From contig JACOXP010000008.1 in assembly GCA_016182295.1 (NCBI GenBank), forward strand, positions 1 to 47,663: a stretch of DNA of 47,663 bases. Reading direction: 5' to 3'. A model generated the notes under the pieces. That model saw only the letters and a list, made by a program, of their open reading frames with translations. It had not been told where the DNA came from and searched no databases. Source of the stretch: Candidatus Harrisonbacteria bacterium. Lineage in GTDB: Bacteria > Patescibacteriota > Minisyncoccia > UBA6257 > WO2-44-18. Made by a program: the position numbers and the translations under genes. Positions 17,529-25,672 of the stretch are shown here, piece after piece (within the stretch, counting starts at the first letter, position 1; every line of letters starts with the position of its first letter).

Positions 17529-18590
17529 ATGAAAATGTTTCGTGCTAACGGCAATGTGTTGTATGCAGCGGACGATGCTCTAGAGGGATCTAAATACAAC
17601 CACTCAACTATCCAATCATTCATAGAAGGCCACATTAATAGTTTTCTTAAGTTTTACCACGATACCACTTACTTGAAAGAAAAATTTCGGATATTCTTGG
17701 AAATTTACTCGAAGATTACGGACTTATCCAATCATGCCATGTTGTTTGCCCACGGATCATCAACTCGTCACTTATTCAAGAAGAATTATTGGCAATATAG
17801 CGATGATGGAACTCAACGACCCATACAAGAGTGGATAGATGCCCATGATGGAAAATATCTTTGTCTTTTTATCTGGTGCTGCAATGGGGCGAATTTCAGG
17901 CCAAGGACCAAAAGATCCCTTTTGATATTTTCCGACGGAATACTGAGCCCCACTCTCTTAAAGAATAAAGCAACAAAAACGGTAGTATTTGAGCCCCTCA
18001 CTGGTAAAGAAATAACTGATAAAAACATTAACGATCTTTTGCTTGCGACTATCGACTTTCTTTCTAAAAACGGACGGCTTTCAATGAAATCAGTTACGCT
18101 CGATGAGCCGGCGTTTAACGAAGATGTGGTTAGAGAAGAAGGGTACAATGTTACGATCGATCCCGAGCCCTCCATCGAGGATTTAATTGAGTTAGGCAAC
18201 TACGATTTTAATGATTGGGCGTTGGTCTGTTACCTTCCCACTCAGAAAATTTGGAGCGGCAACGTCTCTTTAAGATTGCTTTCTTTCGGCGGGGTTCTTA
18301 ATAGCAGTCATTGGCCGAATAGCCAGCAGTGGATAAATGCCGAATTGACAAGAAGGGGGCTGAGACATGCCACATCGAGAGAGCTTCTTGTTCTTGGTAA
18401 AGAGTATCCGAACTTGCCGCCTAAGGGATACGAAATTTACGCACTTGGTTCGACGCAATATGTCTGCAATCTTCGAGCAGTGAACTATTTAAGGCGTCTA
18501 GATAATGGCGATCGACACTTTCTGTCCTCGCAACTTACAGAAGACGCCAGTTTCCCGAACGAAGCCCTTATTCTCGCCGCGCCAATGTAA
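17529..18590 (+). CDS. Hypothetical protein, AT-rich orphan; N-terminal half has a His-Gly...Cys dyad pattern
   Basis: 353 aa from ATG 17529, with AGGGAGG 8 nt upstream; the track's TTG 17523 is less likely. I recognise no family. AMLFAHGSS (His codon at 17751) and YLCLFIWCCNG (Cys codons at 17877-17882) each follow a hydrophobic strand. Confidence 0.6.
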   Translation: MKMFRANGNVLYAADDALEGSKYNHSTIQSFIEGHINSFLKFYHDTTYLKEKFRIFLEIYSKITDLSNHAMLFAHGSSTRHLFKKNYWQYSDDGTQRPIQEWIDAHDGKYLCLFIWCCNGANFRPRTKRSLLIFSDGILSPTLLKNKATKTVVFEPLTGKEITDKNINDLLLATIDFLSKNGRLSMKSVTLDEPAFNEDVVREEGYNVTIDPEPSIEDLIELGNYDFNDWALVCYLPTQKIWSGNVSLRLLSFGGVLNSSHWPNSQQWINAELTRRGLRHATSRELLVLGKEYPNLPPKGYEIYALGSTQYVCNLRAVNYLRRLDNGDRHFLSSQLTEDASFPNEALILAAPM

Positions 18591-18605
18591 ACTTCAAAAC
18601 AAACC

Positions 18606-18634
18606 ATCCCCGACTAATCGGGGATTTTTTTTTA
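18606..18634. terminator. Bidirectional terminator (convergent orphan gene / ASCH gene)
   Basis: ATCCCCGA-CTAA-TCGGGGAT followed by T9. It overlaps the ASCH stop codon. Confidence 0.75.
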
Positions 18635-18964
18635 TTCTAATTCCAAAGCAATAATCCCACACTTATTGATTTTTGTTTTGTAGCCAGGGAAGCTATATAA
18701 CATGGTTTCAATCTCTTTAGCTGTTTTAACGTGCGGATTTAGCTCTGTCGGTTTGTATTTTCGCAATAGCGATCCGATTTTTTTGTAAATTTTTGCTTTT
18801 TTGACGTGCTTCTCAAATTTATCCCTCCCACAGCTTAAAATAACTTTATCGCCGGTTTTGATATTTTTATACTTTTTTGTTGCAGCCCGCGTTTCTATTC
18901 TCTTATTACCTCGCTTTATTGCCTCAAAAATATCCTTGTTGATCCTCCTAAATCTCAATATCAT
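18632..18964 (-). CDS. ASCH-domain (PUA-like fold) protein
   Basis: 110 aa. FEAIKRGNKRIETRAATKKYKNIKTGDKVIL fits the ASCH N-terminal pattern (F..I..G.K..E.R...GD.I.L). Confidence 0.6.
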   Translation of the reverse strand: MILRFRRINKDIFEAIKRGNKRIETRAATKKYKNIKTGDKVILSCGRDKFEKHVKKAKIYKKIGSLLRKYKPTELNPHVKTAKEIETMLYSFPGYKTKINKCGIIALELE

Positions 18965-19055
18965 TTTTCAAAATTAACCGGTGCTTTAAATGAAGTCAAG
19001 TAGTTATTTTTGTTGCGTATAGAAAAATTTTGCGTCCAAATCCCAAAATTTATCA

Positions 19056-19083
19056 ATAAAAAACCCCCACGACTAATCGGGGG
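19056..19083 (-). terminator. Terminator of the lipoprotein gene
   Basis: The minus strand reads CCCCCGATTAGTCGTGGGGG followed by TTTTTTATTG. It has the same CGACTAATCGGGG core as the terminator at 18606. Confidence 0.65.
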
Positions 19084-19110
19084 TTATTGTTTTACCCTTT
19101 TTGGTAATTA

Positions 19111-20013
19111 TTAATTCGGCGGAAGCACCCGTCTGGGTTTTGGTTTCTCGCGCATCTTGCTTTTTTCTCCTCTGGCGTCTTCTCGTGATTTTTCAAAAGC
19201 AGTCCTATTTTTCTTAATCCATGCATACCACTTTAGTAAGTCATTGTCGTTAGGCAACAAAACGGTAGCGGCTTTATACTTTCCAGCGAAACGATGATTG
19301 TAAAGTCTCACACTCGCGTACCCCCTCTCGTCGGTTCGCAAATCACAATCAAACCTCCAATAACATACCGTAACTCTTTCTAATTGATTCTCCTTAATCA
19401 CTCTTAAATAGTAATGGCCCGTCTTGTTGTCAAATCCAATATCATGAAGAGGGAGTTCTTCTTCGAATTTTAGCCACTTAATTCCCCAATTCAGGGGTTT
19501 GGCGACCCAACTCTGACGACCTTCCGTCAATACCAACCTATTCCTTTCTCTATCTAGTTTTAAACCTTCAAGCCACACAATAATAGCGCCTTCGTAAATC
19601 TCACCGGATTTTAAAAAACAGCGAACGGTGGTCTCAATCATTGCGGCGCTAAATACCATCGAGAAATCATTCCAGCTGTCTATTTCTATCTCACACCTTT
19701 CCACACCGGGCAGTTGTTGCTTGATAGTCGTGAAAGAACCAGATAGTCCGTCTGTGAAGTATCCCCAATTTGTTGGAAATGACATTTTAGCCTTTCCATT
19801 TTTGGCGTATTCAGATACCAATTTCTCAAATAATGATTCGTCCGTAGTAGAGTCCTTGTGGGCTTCCATTTCTTCTTCAAAGGTTGAAACTTTGCCGAAT
19901 TCAATACCGCTTTCACAAATTTCAGTTTCAGCCCACGTAGCTTCATCGGTTTTTATAGTGAAACTGCATGAAGCTATTAAAGCGACTACCGAAAAAATAC
20001 CGAAACGTTTCAT
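19111..20013 (-). CDS. Putative lipoprotein, function unknown
   Basis: 300 aa from ATG 20013, with AGGAGG 7 nt upstream. Signal peptide MKRFGIFSVVALIASC with an IASC lipobox. Basic C-terminal tail. Confidence 0.6.
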   Translation of the reverse strand: MKRFGIFSVVALIASCSFTIKTDEATWAETEICESGIEFGKVSTFEEEMEAHKDSTTDESLFEKLVSEYAKNGKAKMSFPTNWGYFTDGLSGSFTTIKQQLPGVERCEIEIDSWNDFSMVFSAAMIETTVRCFLKSGEIYEGAIIVWLEGLKLDRERNRLVLTEGRQSWVAKPLNWGIKWLKFEEELPLHDIGFDNKTGHYYLRVIKENQLERVTVCYWRFDCDLRTDERGYASVRLYNHRFAGKYKAATVLLPNDNDLLKWYAWIKKNRTAFEKSREDARGEKSKMREKPKPRRVLPPN

Positions 20014-20181
20014 CTCAACGCCTCCTTTCAAAGAACCCAAAGACCAGGTTATCAGGAAAAATAGTAATAATCAAATAAATGTACCCTTCCAACACCTTTT
20101 TTATTTGACTTTTTTAGTGGTTTGTGATAGATTACGTGCAGTGTTCTTTCATATTGAAACCTTTTTAGGAGGAGGTGGTTT

Positions 20182-21348
20182 ATGGGAAGGCCTGCGTTTG
20201 GTTTCGGTCGGATGATGATGTGCATTCTCGAGCTCGTAGGTGAAGCGAACGAACTTTCTCTGCCGGTGGAGAAATTACACGAAAAGACCGGCTTAACCAA
20301 GACATCGATTCGGAACTACCTCGATGAACTCAAGGCAAAGGGTTTTATTGAGATTGTTCTTGGCGATGTCCGCGGTCGGGGATTTGCAGTTTCCCGTTTA
20401 ATCGTAAAAAAGCGGGATGGGATCTCAGTTTCGACAGACGATCTTCAGAATCACGAAGCGCTGGATGACAAGCAATCTTTGGTCGCGTCTCGCAAACCGG
20501 AACCCATTCCCGATTCCGCGCCGACAAGGGTTGGAAATCTGAGTCCAGCAGAGCCGTCGTTTTTCGCGGCCCTTCTGGATTACGACAACGTTTTGGGATC
20601 AGCCCGCAATGCGGGTTTTCCGATCTCGTTTTCGCGGCTGCGAGAATTGGTGAGAAAGTTTGGCAAAATTCTTTTTGCCGAAGCTTTTCTCTCTCCGACA
20701 ACCAACCGCCCGGAAATCGTAGCCAAGCTGGACAAGGCAGGATGGACCGTTGTTGCCTGCCCGCCGGAGGCGAAGGATAAGGACAGCGTCGATGCCCACA
20801 TAATCAATCGAGCGCTGAATTATCTCCATCTTTCGTCTCTCGGAGGAGTGGTAGTGATTAGTCGAGATCGGGATTTCATCAACCTCGAGCACTCGGCGGC
20901 CGACGTCCACAAGACCTGCGCGTTTTTGAACGTTGTTGTCGAGAAAGAAAATGTCGAGGGCTATGACGAACAGTCAGGAAACCCGCTCTATGAAAGCGGC
21001 ATGGTCGACAGGTTCGGGAAAGCGATCGAGCAGATTCGCTCGAGCTGGGGCGGCTTGGTTGCCGCAGAGGAAGAGCGAGTTCGTTTCGTCGGGGAGATAA
21101 TCAGGACGATCGCGAATCGGTATTCCAGCGATCATCTTGGCTTCAAGCAGATGCTGTGGTGGCTCTGGGAGTGTCTGAAGCTGAGGTGGGGGCGCATTTT
21201 CGAACGTGAGCATCATCTCAAATCAGCGATGACCGCAATGGTCAATCGCCAAGTGCTCCTCCGTCATGAGGGACATAGCTACGTTTACTACACGCTGAAT
21301 CAGCAGGATAAGTGCGTGGTAAATTCCCTCAACGGAATGAAGGTTTAG
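20182..21348 (+). CDS. Winged-HTH + NYN (LabA-like) ribonuclease-domain protein
   Basis: 388 aa, with AGGAGGAGGTGG upstream. N-terminal wHTH (TGLTKTSIRNYLDELKAKGFIEI). NYN acidic motifs LLDYDNV, DSVDAHII and VISRDRDF (about 20560-20890). Visibly GC-richer than the neighbouring genes. Confidence 0.65.
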   Translation: MGRPAFGFGRMMMCILELVGEANELSLPVEKLHEKTGLTKTSIRNYLDELKAKGFIEIVLGDVRGRGFAVSRLIVKKRDGISVSTDDLQNHEALDDKQSLVASRKPEPIPDSAPTRVGNLSPAEPSFFAALLDYDNVLGSARNAGFPISFSRLRELVRKFGKILFAEAFLSPTTNRPEIVAKLDKAGWTVVACPPEAKDKDSVDAHIINRALNYLHLSSLGGVVVISRDRDFINLEHSAADVHKTCAFLNVVVEKENVEGYDEQSGNPLYESGMVDRFGKAIEQIRSSWGGLVAAEEERVRFVGEIIRTIANRYSSDHLGFKQMLWWLWECLKLRWGRIFEREHHLKSAMTAMVNRQVLLRHEGHSYVYYTLNQQDKCVVNSLNGMKV

Positions 21349-21356
21349 AGTTCTCC

Positions 21357-21384
21357 GCCCCGACGCAACGTCGGGGCTTTTTTA
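21357..21384 (+). terminator. Rho-independent terminator
   Basis: GCCCCGACG-CAA-CGTCGGGGC followed by TTTTTTA. Confidence 0.8.
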
Positions 21385-21414
21385 TTGCCCAAAATCGCGA
21401 TAAAATAGAAGGCA

Positions 21415-22593
21415 ATGAACGATATAGAAAAATTATTAAGCCGAGGAGTGGAAGAAGTAATCGAAAGAACGCATTTGGAAAATCGGCTCAAAAATGGCAA
21501 TAAACTGCGGGTGAAATTTGGCATTGACCCGACGGCGCCGGATTTACATTTGGGCCATACGGTGCCGCTCCGGAAATTGCGCCAATTTCAGGACGCCGGC
21601 CACACCGCGGTTTTGATAATCGGCGATTTTACCGCTCGCGTTGGCGATCCAACCGGAAAATCGGAGGAGCGGAAATCGCTTTCTGCCGATGAGGTCAAAG
21701 CCAATTTGAAAAAGTATCTGCGGCAGGCCGCCAAAGTACTGGACATTAAATTTAACTGGCTTGGCCGGCCGAAAAAAACGCCAAAATTTGAAATTCATTA
21801 CAACAGCCGTTGGTTTGCCAAAGACGGAATCGAAAAAATAATGGCGCTTGCCAAAATCGGCACGCTTAATCAAATGCTTCAGAGAGCGGAATTTAAAAAA
21901 CGCATCGAAGAAGGCGGCGGCGTCTCAATGGTGGAATCGCTCTATCCGCTGATGCAGGGCTATGATTCGGTGATGGTCAAAGCCGACGTGGAGATCGGCG
22001 GCACCGATCAAAAGTTCAACCTTTTAATGGGGCGGCAAGTTCAAAAACACTTTGGAATGCCAGAGCAGGACGTTTTGACACTCCCGCTTCTTGAGGGGAC
22101 GGATGGAGTCAAGAAAATGTCTAAAAGCGCCGGTAATTATATAGCGCTTAACGCCGAACCGAATGATATGTTCGGGAAAATAATGTCCGTTCCGGACAAA
22201 TTGATTGATAAATATTTTATATTGCTTACCGATCGGCAGCGGTCTTCTCAAAATCCCCGCGAAGCGAAATTAGAACTTGCCGAAACCATTGTCGCGATGT
22301 ATTACGACGAGAAAGCAGCTAAAAAAGCTCAAGCAGAATTTGAACGAGTAGTTTCGGAAGGTGGAAAGCCAAACGAAATACCCGTAAAAAAAATAGCAAA
22401 TCGTAAATTGAAACTAAGCGATCTTTTAGTTGAAGTCGGAATGACGCAAAGCAAAAGCGAAGCACGGCGACTCATTGAGCAGGGGGGTGTCAAAATCAAC
22501 GATGAGAAAAAATTAGATCCAGATGAGACTATTGAAATTAAGGCCGAAACTCTGATACAAGTAGGTAGACGACATTTCCTGAAAGTTCATTGA
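21415..22593 (+). CDS. tyrS: Tyrosyl-tRNA synthetase with C-terminal S4 domain
   Basis: 392 aa. GIDPTAPDLHLGH, KMSKSAGN, and a C-terminal S4-like SKSEARRLIEQGGVKIN. Confidence 0.95.
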   Translation: MNDIEKLLSRGVEEVIERTHLENRLKNGNKLRVKFGIDPTAPDLHLGHTVPLRKLRQFQDAGHTAVLIIGDFTARVGDPTGKSEERKSLSADEVKANLKKYLRQAAKVLDIKFNWLGRPKKTPKFEIHYNSRWFAKDGIEKIMALAKIGTLNQMLQRAEFKKRIEEGGGVSMVESLYPLMQGYDSVMVKADVEIGGTDQKFNLLMGRQVQKHFGMPEQDVLTLPLLEGTDGVKKMSKSAGNYIALNAEPNDMFGKIMSVPDKLIDKYFILLTDRQRSSQNPREAKLELAETIVAMYYDEKAAKKAQAEFERVVSEGGKPNEIPVKKIANRKLKLSDLLVEVGMTQSKSEARRLIEQGGVKINDEKKLDPDETIEIKAETLIQVGRRHFLKVH

Positions 22594-22606
22594 AAGGTGA
22601 ATCGAG

Positions 22607-23257
22607 ATGAGTGAAAACCTCGAGCGATTTTTCACCGATTATCTCCAACGTTCGATAATTAAACTAGATAAAGAAATTGGCCGCTTGGAATCCCTGAGGG
22701 ACAAAGGTTCGATATATGACCCGGAGGACCTGAAGCTTTTACTGACGAAAGTAATTCGAGAAGATGAACTACGCCCGATAGAAGAACAAGTTATTTTCTT
22801 GAAAGGCGCAATCCAGGATAAAGCCCGCCTCCTAAAACTTTGGCCTTTTTTCATTAAACAAGCTGTCGTTTGGAATCCCGAGATTGAGCTTGATCTCAGA
22901 ATTGAAAATATGGATATACCGGTTGGGGAATTTCTTGATTTGATCAATTCTCATGACCCGCATATGAATATGATTATTTATCTTACCGAAGAGATAATTA
23001 ACATAGGTTATGACATTCTTGAAGAGCTTAATGAAAACACGATACAAGGCGTTAAAGAAAAGATGTCGGTTGTTCAAAGGGCCTTCACCATTGTCAAAAA
23101 CAGCCGATCCTTTTACGCGGTGTCTACGATTAATGACTTACTGGCTCAAACAATAGAGAAACTGGAAAATGACTACATTCAATTGCGTTACCACTATTCA
23201 ATACGAATGGACTCTATTGATGCGGAGAACGATATGTTACAATGTAAGGGTGATTAA
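22607..23257 (+). CDS. Hypothetical protein (acidic, predicted helical)
   Basis: 216 aa, AT-rich. AAAGGTGAAT lies upstream of the ATG. No recognisable motif. Confidence 0.5.
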   Translation: MSENLERFFTDYLQRSIIKLDKEIGRLESLRDKGSIYDPEDLKLLLTKVIREDELRPIEEQVIFLKGAIQDKARLLKLWPFFIKQAVVWNPEIELDLRIENMDIPVGEFLDLINSHDPHMNMIIYLTEEIINIGYDILEELNENTIQGVKEKMSVVQRAFTIVKNSRSFYAVSTINDLLAQTIEKLENDYIQLRYHYSIRMDSIDAENDMLQCKGD

Positions 23258-23362
23258 ATCTAAGGTTACAACAACAACAATCTTTGTGTGCCCAGCGCGC
23301 TGAGGTTGTGGTTCTCGATTTCCAAGCTAACAAACCCCGACCATCAGCGTCGGGGCTTTTTT
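23220..23362 (+). promoter_or_regulatory. Candidate thr-operon leader: Thr-codon-rich short ORF plus a terminator abutting thrA
   Basis: The short ORF (ATG 23220 or GTG 23250, to TGA 23303) ends ..KVTTTTIFVCPAR, with ACA x4 at 23268-23279 followed by ATC. GGTTGTGGTT (23304-23313) can pair either with the ACA run or with AACCCCGACC (23333-23342), which is the 5' half of the terminator CCCCGAC-N7-GTCGGGG + T6 (23335-23362). The thrA ATG is at 23363. Confidence 0.4.
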
Positions 23363-25672
23363 ATGAAAAAATTTATCAAAATATTGAAATTCGGAGGTTC
23401 GTCGGTCGGTTCGGCTGGACGGATTAAAAACGTTTGCGGAATCATTCGTGATTCTGCCTTGAGTTTGCCGAAAGGCAACCGAATAACCATTGTTGTTTCC
23501 GCCATGCAAGGCATAACGGATAAATTACTGGCATTGGACTTTGATTTTGTAAAAGAAAAACATATTACGGTTGCCAAAGAATTGCGTGTACTGCCGCCAA
23601 CCAATCTACTAGATGAATTGGAAAACGTGATAAAAGCCGCAAAAATTCTAAACAATGTCTCGCCGATAATTTTAGATTTAGTAACCAGTTTCGGCGAACG
23701 GCTTTCGGCCCAGCTTGTTGCCGACTATTTGAATAAAAAAATTCCGGCTATCGCGGTTGACGCTCGGGGATTAATAAAAACTAATGATGATTTTCAAAAC
23801 GCTGCCGTTGATTTTAAAAAAACTAATCTTTGTATAAAAAAGTTTTTTAAGAAGTTGCGGGGAATTCCGGTTGTAACTGGATTTGTCGGTTCAACCGATC
23901 GCGGTCAGACCACCACTCTCGGTCGTGGCGGCTCGGATTACAGCGCTTCCATTTTCGGCGCGGCGCTTGGAGTTAAAGTTATTGAAATTTGGACAGATGC
24001 CAACGGCATTATGACTGCCGATCCGCGAGTAATCGCCGAAGCTTTTACTCTGCCGGAGATTAGTTATGAAGAAGCGTTTGAAATGGCCTACTTCGGCGCC
24101 AAAATCATTCATCCGGCGACTATGTTGCCCGCGATCAAAAGCAGAATCCCAATACTGATTAAAAACACCTTTAACTCGAATCATAACGGCACTTTAATTT
24201 TAAAAAGCCCGAAAAAGAGCGATTGGGGCCTCAAGAACATAACCACCATAGGCAAAATAGCCCTAATCGAGGTTGGCGGAGCTAACTTGGCGGGTCATCC
24301 TGGTGTAGCCGAACGGGTTTTCGGAGCTGTTGCCAAAGGGAAAATCAATGTAATTTTAATTGCCCAGGCCTCCTCTGAACGCGCCATTTGCTTCGCTGTA
24401 AACAGAGACGATACGGAAAAAGCCATTGCCGCGATCGGAAAAGATTTCGTTTCGGAAATCAGCCGGAAAGAAGTGTTTGTGAAAAAATCTGATGGTAAAA
24501 GCGTTATTGCCGTTGTTGGCGATAACATGCGCGGTGTTCCCGGCGTTGCCGGAAGAATTTTTAAAGCTTTGGGTGATAACAATATCAATATCGCCGCGAT
24601 CGCCCAGGGGGGATCGGAACGAAATATTTCTTGTGTTGTCGCGGAAAAAGACAAAACGGCGGCCGTCGCGGCTATTCACAGAGAATTTTTCCAAAAAGAT
24701 CCAGCAATTTTCATCGTGGGAACCGGCAATGTTGGCGGAGAACTAATCCGTCAACTTACCGGCAACCAACTTAAAATTTGCGGGATTGCTAACAGCGAAA
24801 AGATGGTTTTTGATCACAAGGGCATTAATTCCAGTAATTGGAAAAAGGCCTTGCGGCAATCCCAGGATCCGATGAACATCGAAAAATTTCTTGAAAAAGC
24901 GAAATTAGTTTCCGAAAAAAGAATTTTTGTTGATTGCACCGCCAGCGATTCGGTAGCCAGAAGATATGCCGATATCGTTAAATCGGGGTTTCACATCGTT
25001 ACCCCCAATAAAAAAGCCAATGTCTTGCCGATGAAAAATTATTTTAGTCTTCGAAAAGCTCTTGCTGATTGCGCCAAACATTTTTATTACGACGCTAATG
25101 TCGGAGCCGGACTACCTATTATCGAAAGTATTAAAAAAATGATGGCGGCTGGAGATGAAATTAATAAAATTGAAGGCATTTTTTCCGGCACTTTGAGTTA
25201 CCTTTTCAATAATTACAATGGTCGGCAAAAATTTAGCGAGTTGGCGCAGAAAGCCAAAGTGTTGGGGTATACCGAACCGGATCCCCGAGAAGATTTGAGC
25301 GGAAAGGACGTGGGCCGGAAACTGCTGATTCTATCAAGGGAAATCGGCCTACCAGCCGAATCACGCGAAGTTGTTTTGGAAAATTTAGTAAAACCAGACG
25401 CTTATTTCGAATCCCGTTTTCAAAAAGCGAAACGGGCGGGAAAAGTTTTGCGTTACGTCGGATCGATACAAAACGGCAAAATATCGGCGTCGCTCCGAGA
25501 ACTCCCGGCAGACCATCCGTTGGCCAATGTTTCCGGCACGGACAATATTATTGCCATCTGGAGCCGTTACTACAAAACCCCCCTGGTCATAAAAGGCGCC
25601 GGCGCCGGTCGGGAAGTCACCGCCGCGGCGGTATTAAGCGGAATTTTAAAAATAATTCAACAACATGGATAA
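23363..25672 (+). CDS. thrA: Bifunctional aspartokinase / homoserine dehydrogenase
   Basis: 769 aa from ATG 23363; the track ORF extends through the terminator. KFGGSSVG, GRGGSDYSA, ACT region, then GTGNVGG...NKKA...EGIFSGTLSY...EPDPREDLSG. Confidence 0.9.
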   Translation: MKKFIKILKFGGSSVGSAGRIKNVCGIIRDSALSLPKGNRITIVVSAMQGITDKLLALDFDFVKEKHITVAKELRVLPPTNLLDELENVIKAAKILNNVSPIILDLVTSFGERLSAQLVADYLNKKIPAIAVDARGLIKTNDDFQNAAVDFKKTNLCIKKFFKKLRGIPVVTGFVGSTDRGQTTTLGRGGSDYSASIFGAALGVKVIEIWTDANGIMTADPRVIAEAFTLPEISYEEAFEMAYFGAKIIHPATMLPAIKSRIPILIKNTFNSNHNGTLILKSPKKSDWGLKNITTIGKIALIEVGGANLAGHPGVAERVFGAVAKGKINVILIAQASSERAICFAVNRDDTEKAIAAIGKDFVSEISRKEVFVKKSDGKSVIAVVGDNMRGVPGVAGRIFKALGDNNINIAAIAQGGSERNISCVVAEKDKTAAVAAIHREFFQKDPAIFIVGTGNVGGELIRQLTGNQLKICGIANSEKMVFDHKGINSSNWKKALRQSQDPMNIEKFLEKAKLVSEKRIFVDCTASDSVARRYADIVKSGFHIVTPNKKANVLPMKNYFSLRKALADCAKHFYYDANVGAGLPIIESIKKMMAAGDEINKIEGIFSGTLSYLFNNYNGRQKFSELAQKAKVLGYTEPDPREDLSGKDVGRKLLILSREIGLPAESREVVLENLVKPDAYFESRFQKAKRAGKVLRYVGSIQNGKISASLRELPADHPLANVSGTDNIIAIWSRYYKTPLVIKGAGAGREVTAAAVLSGILKIIQQHG

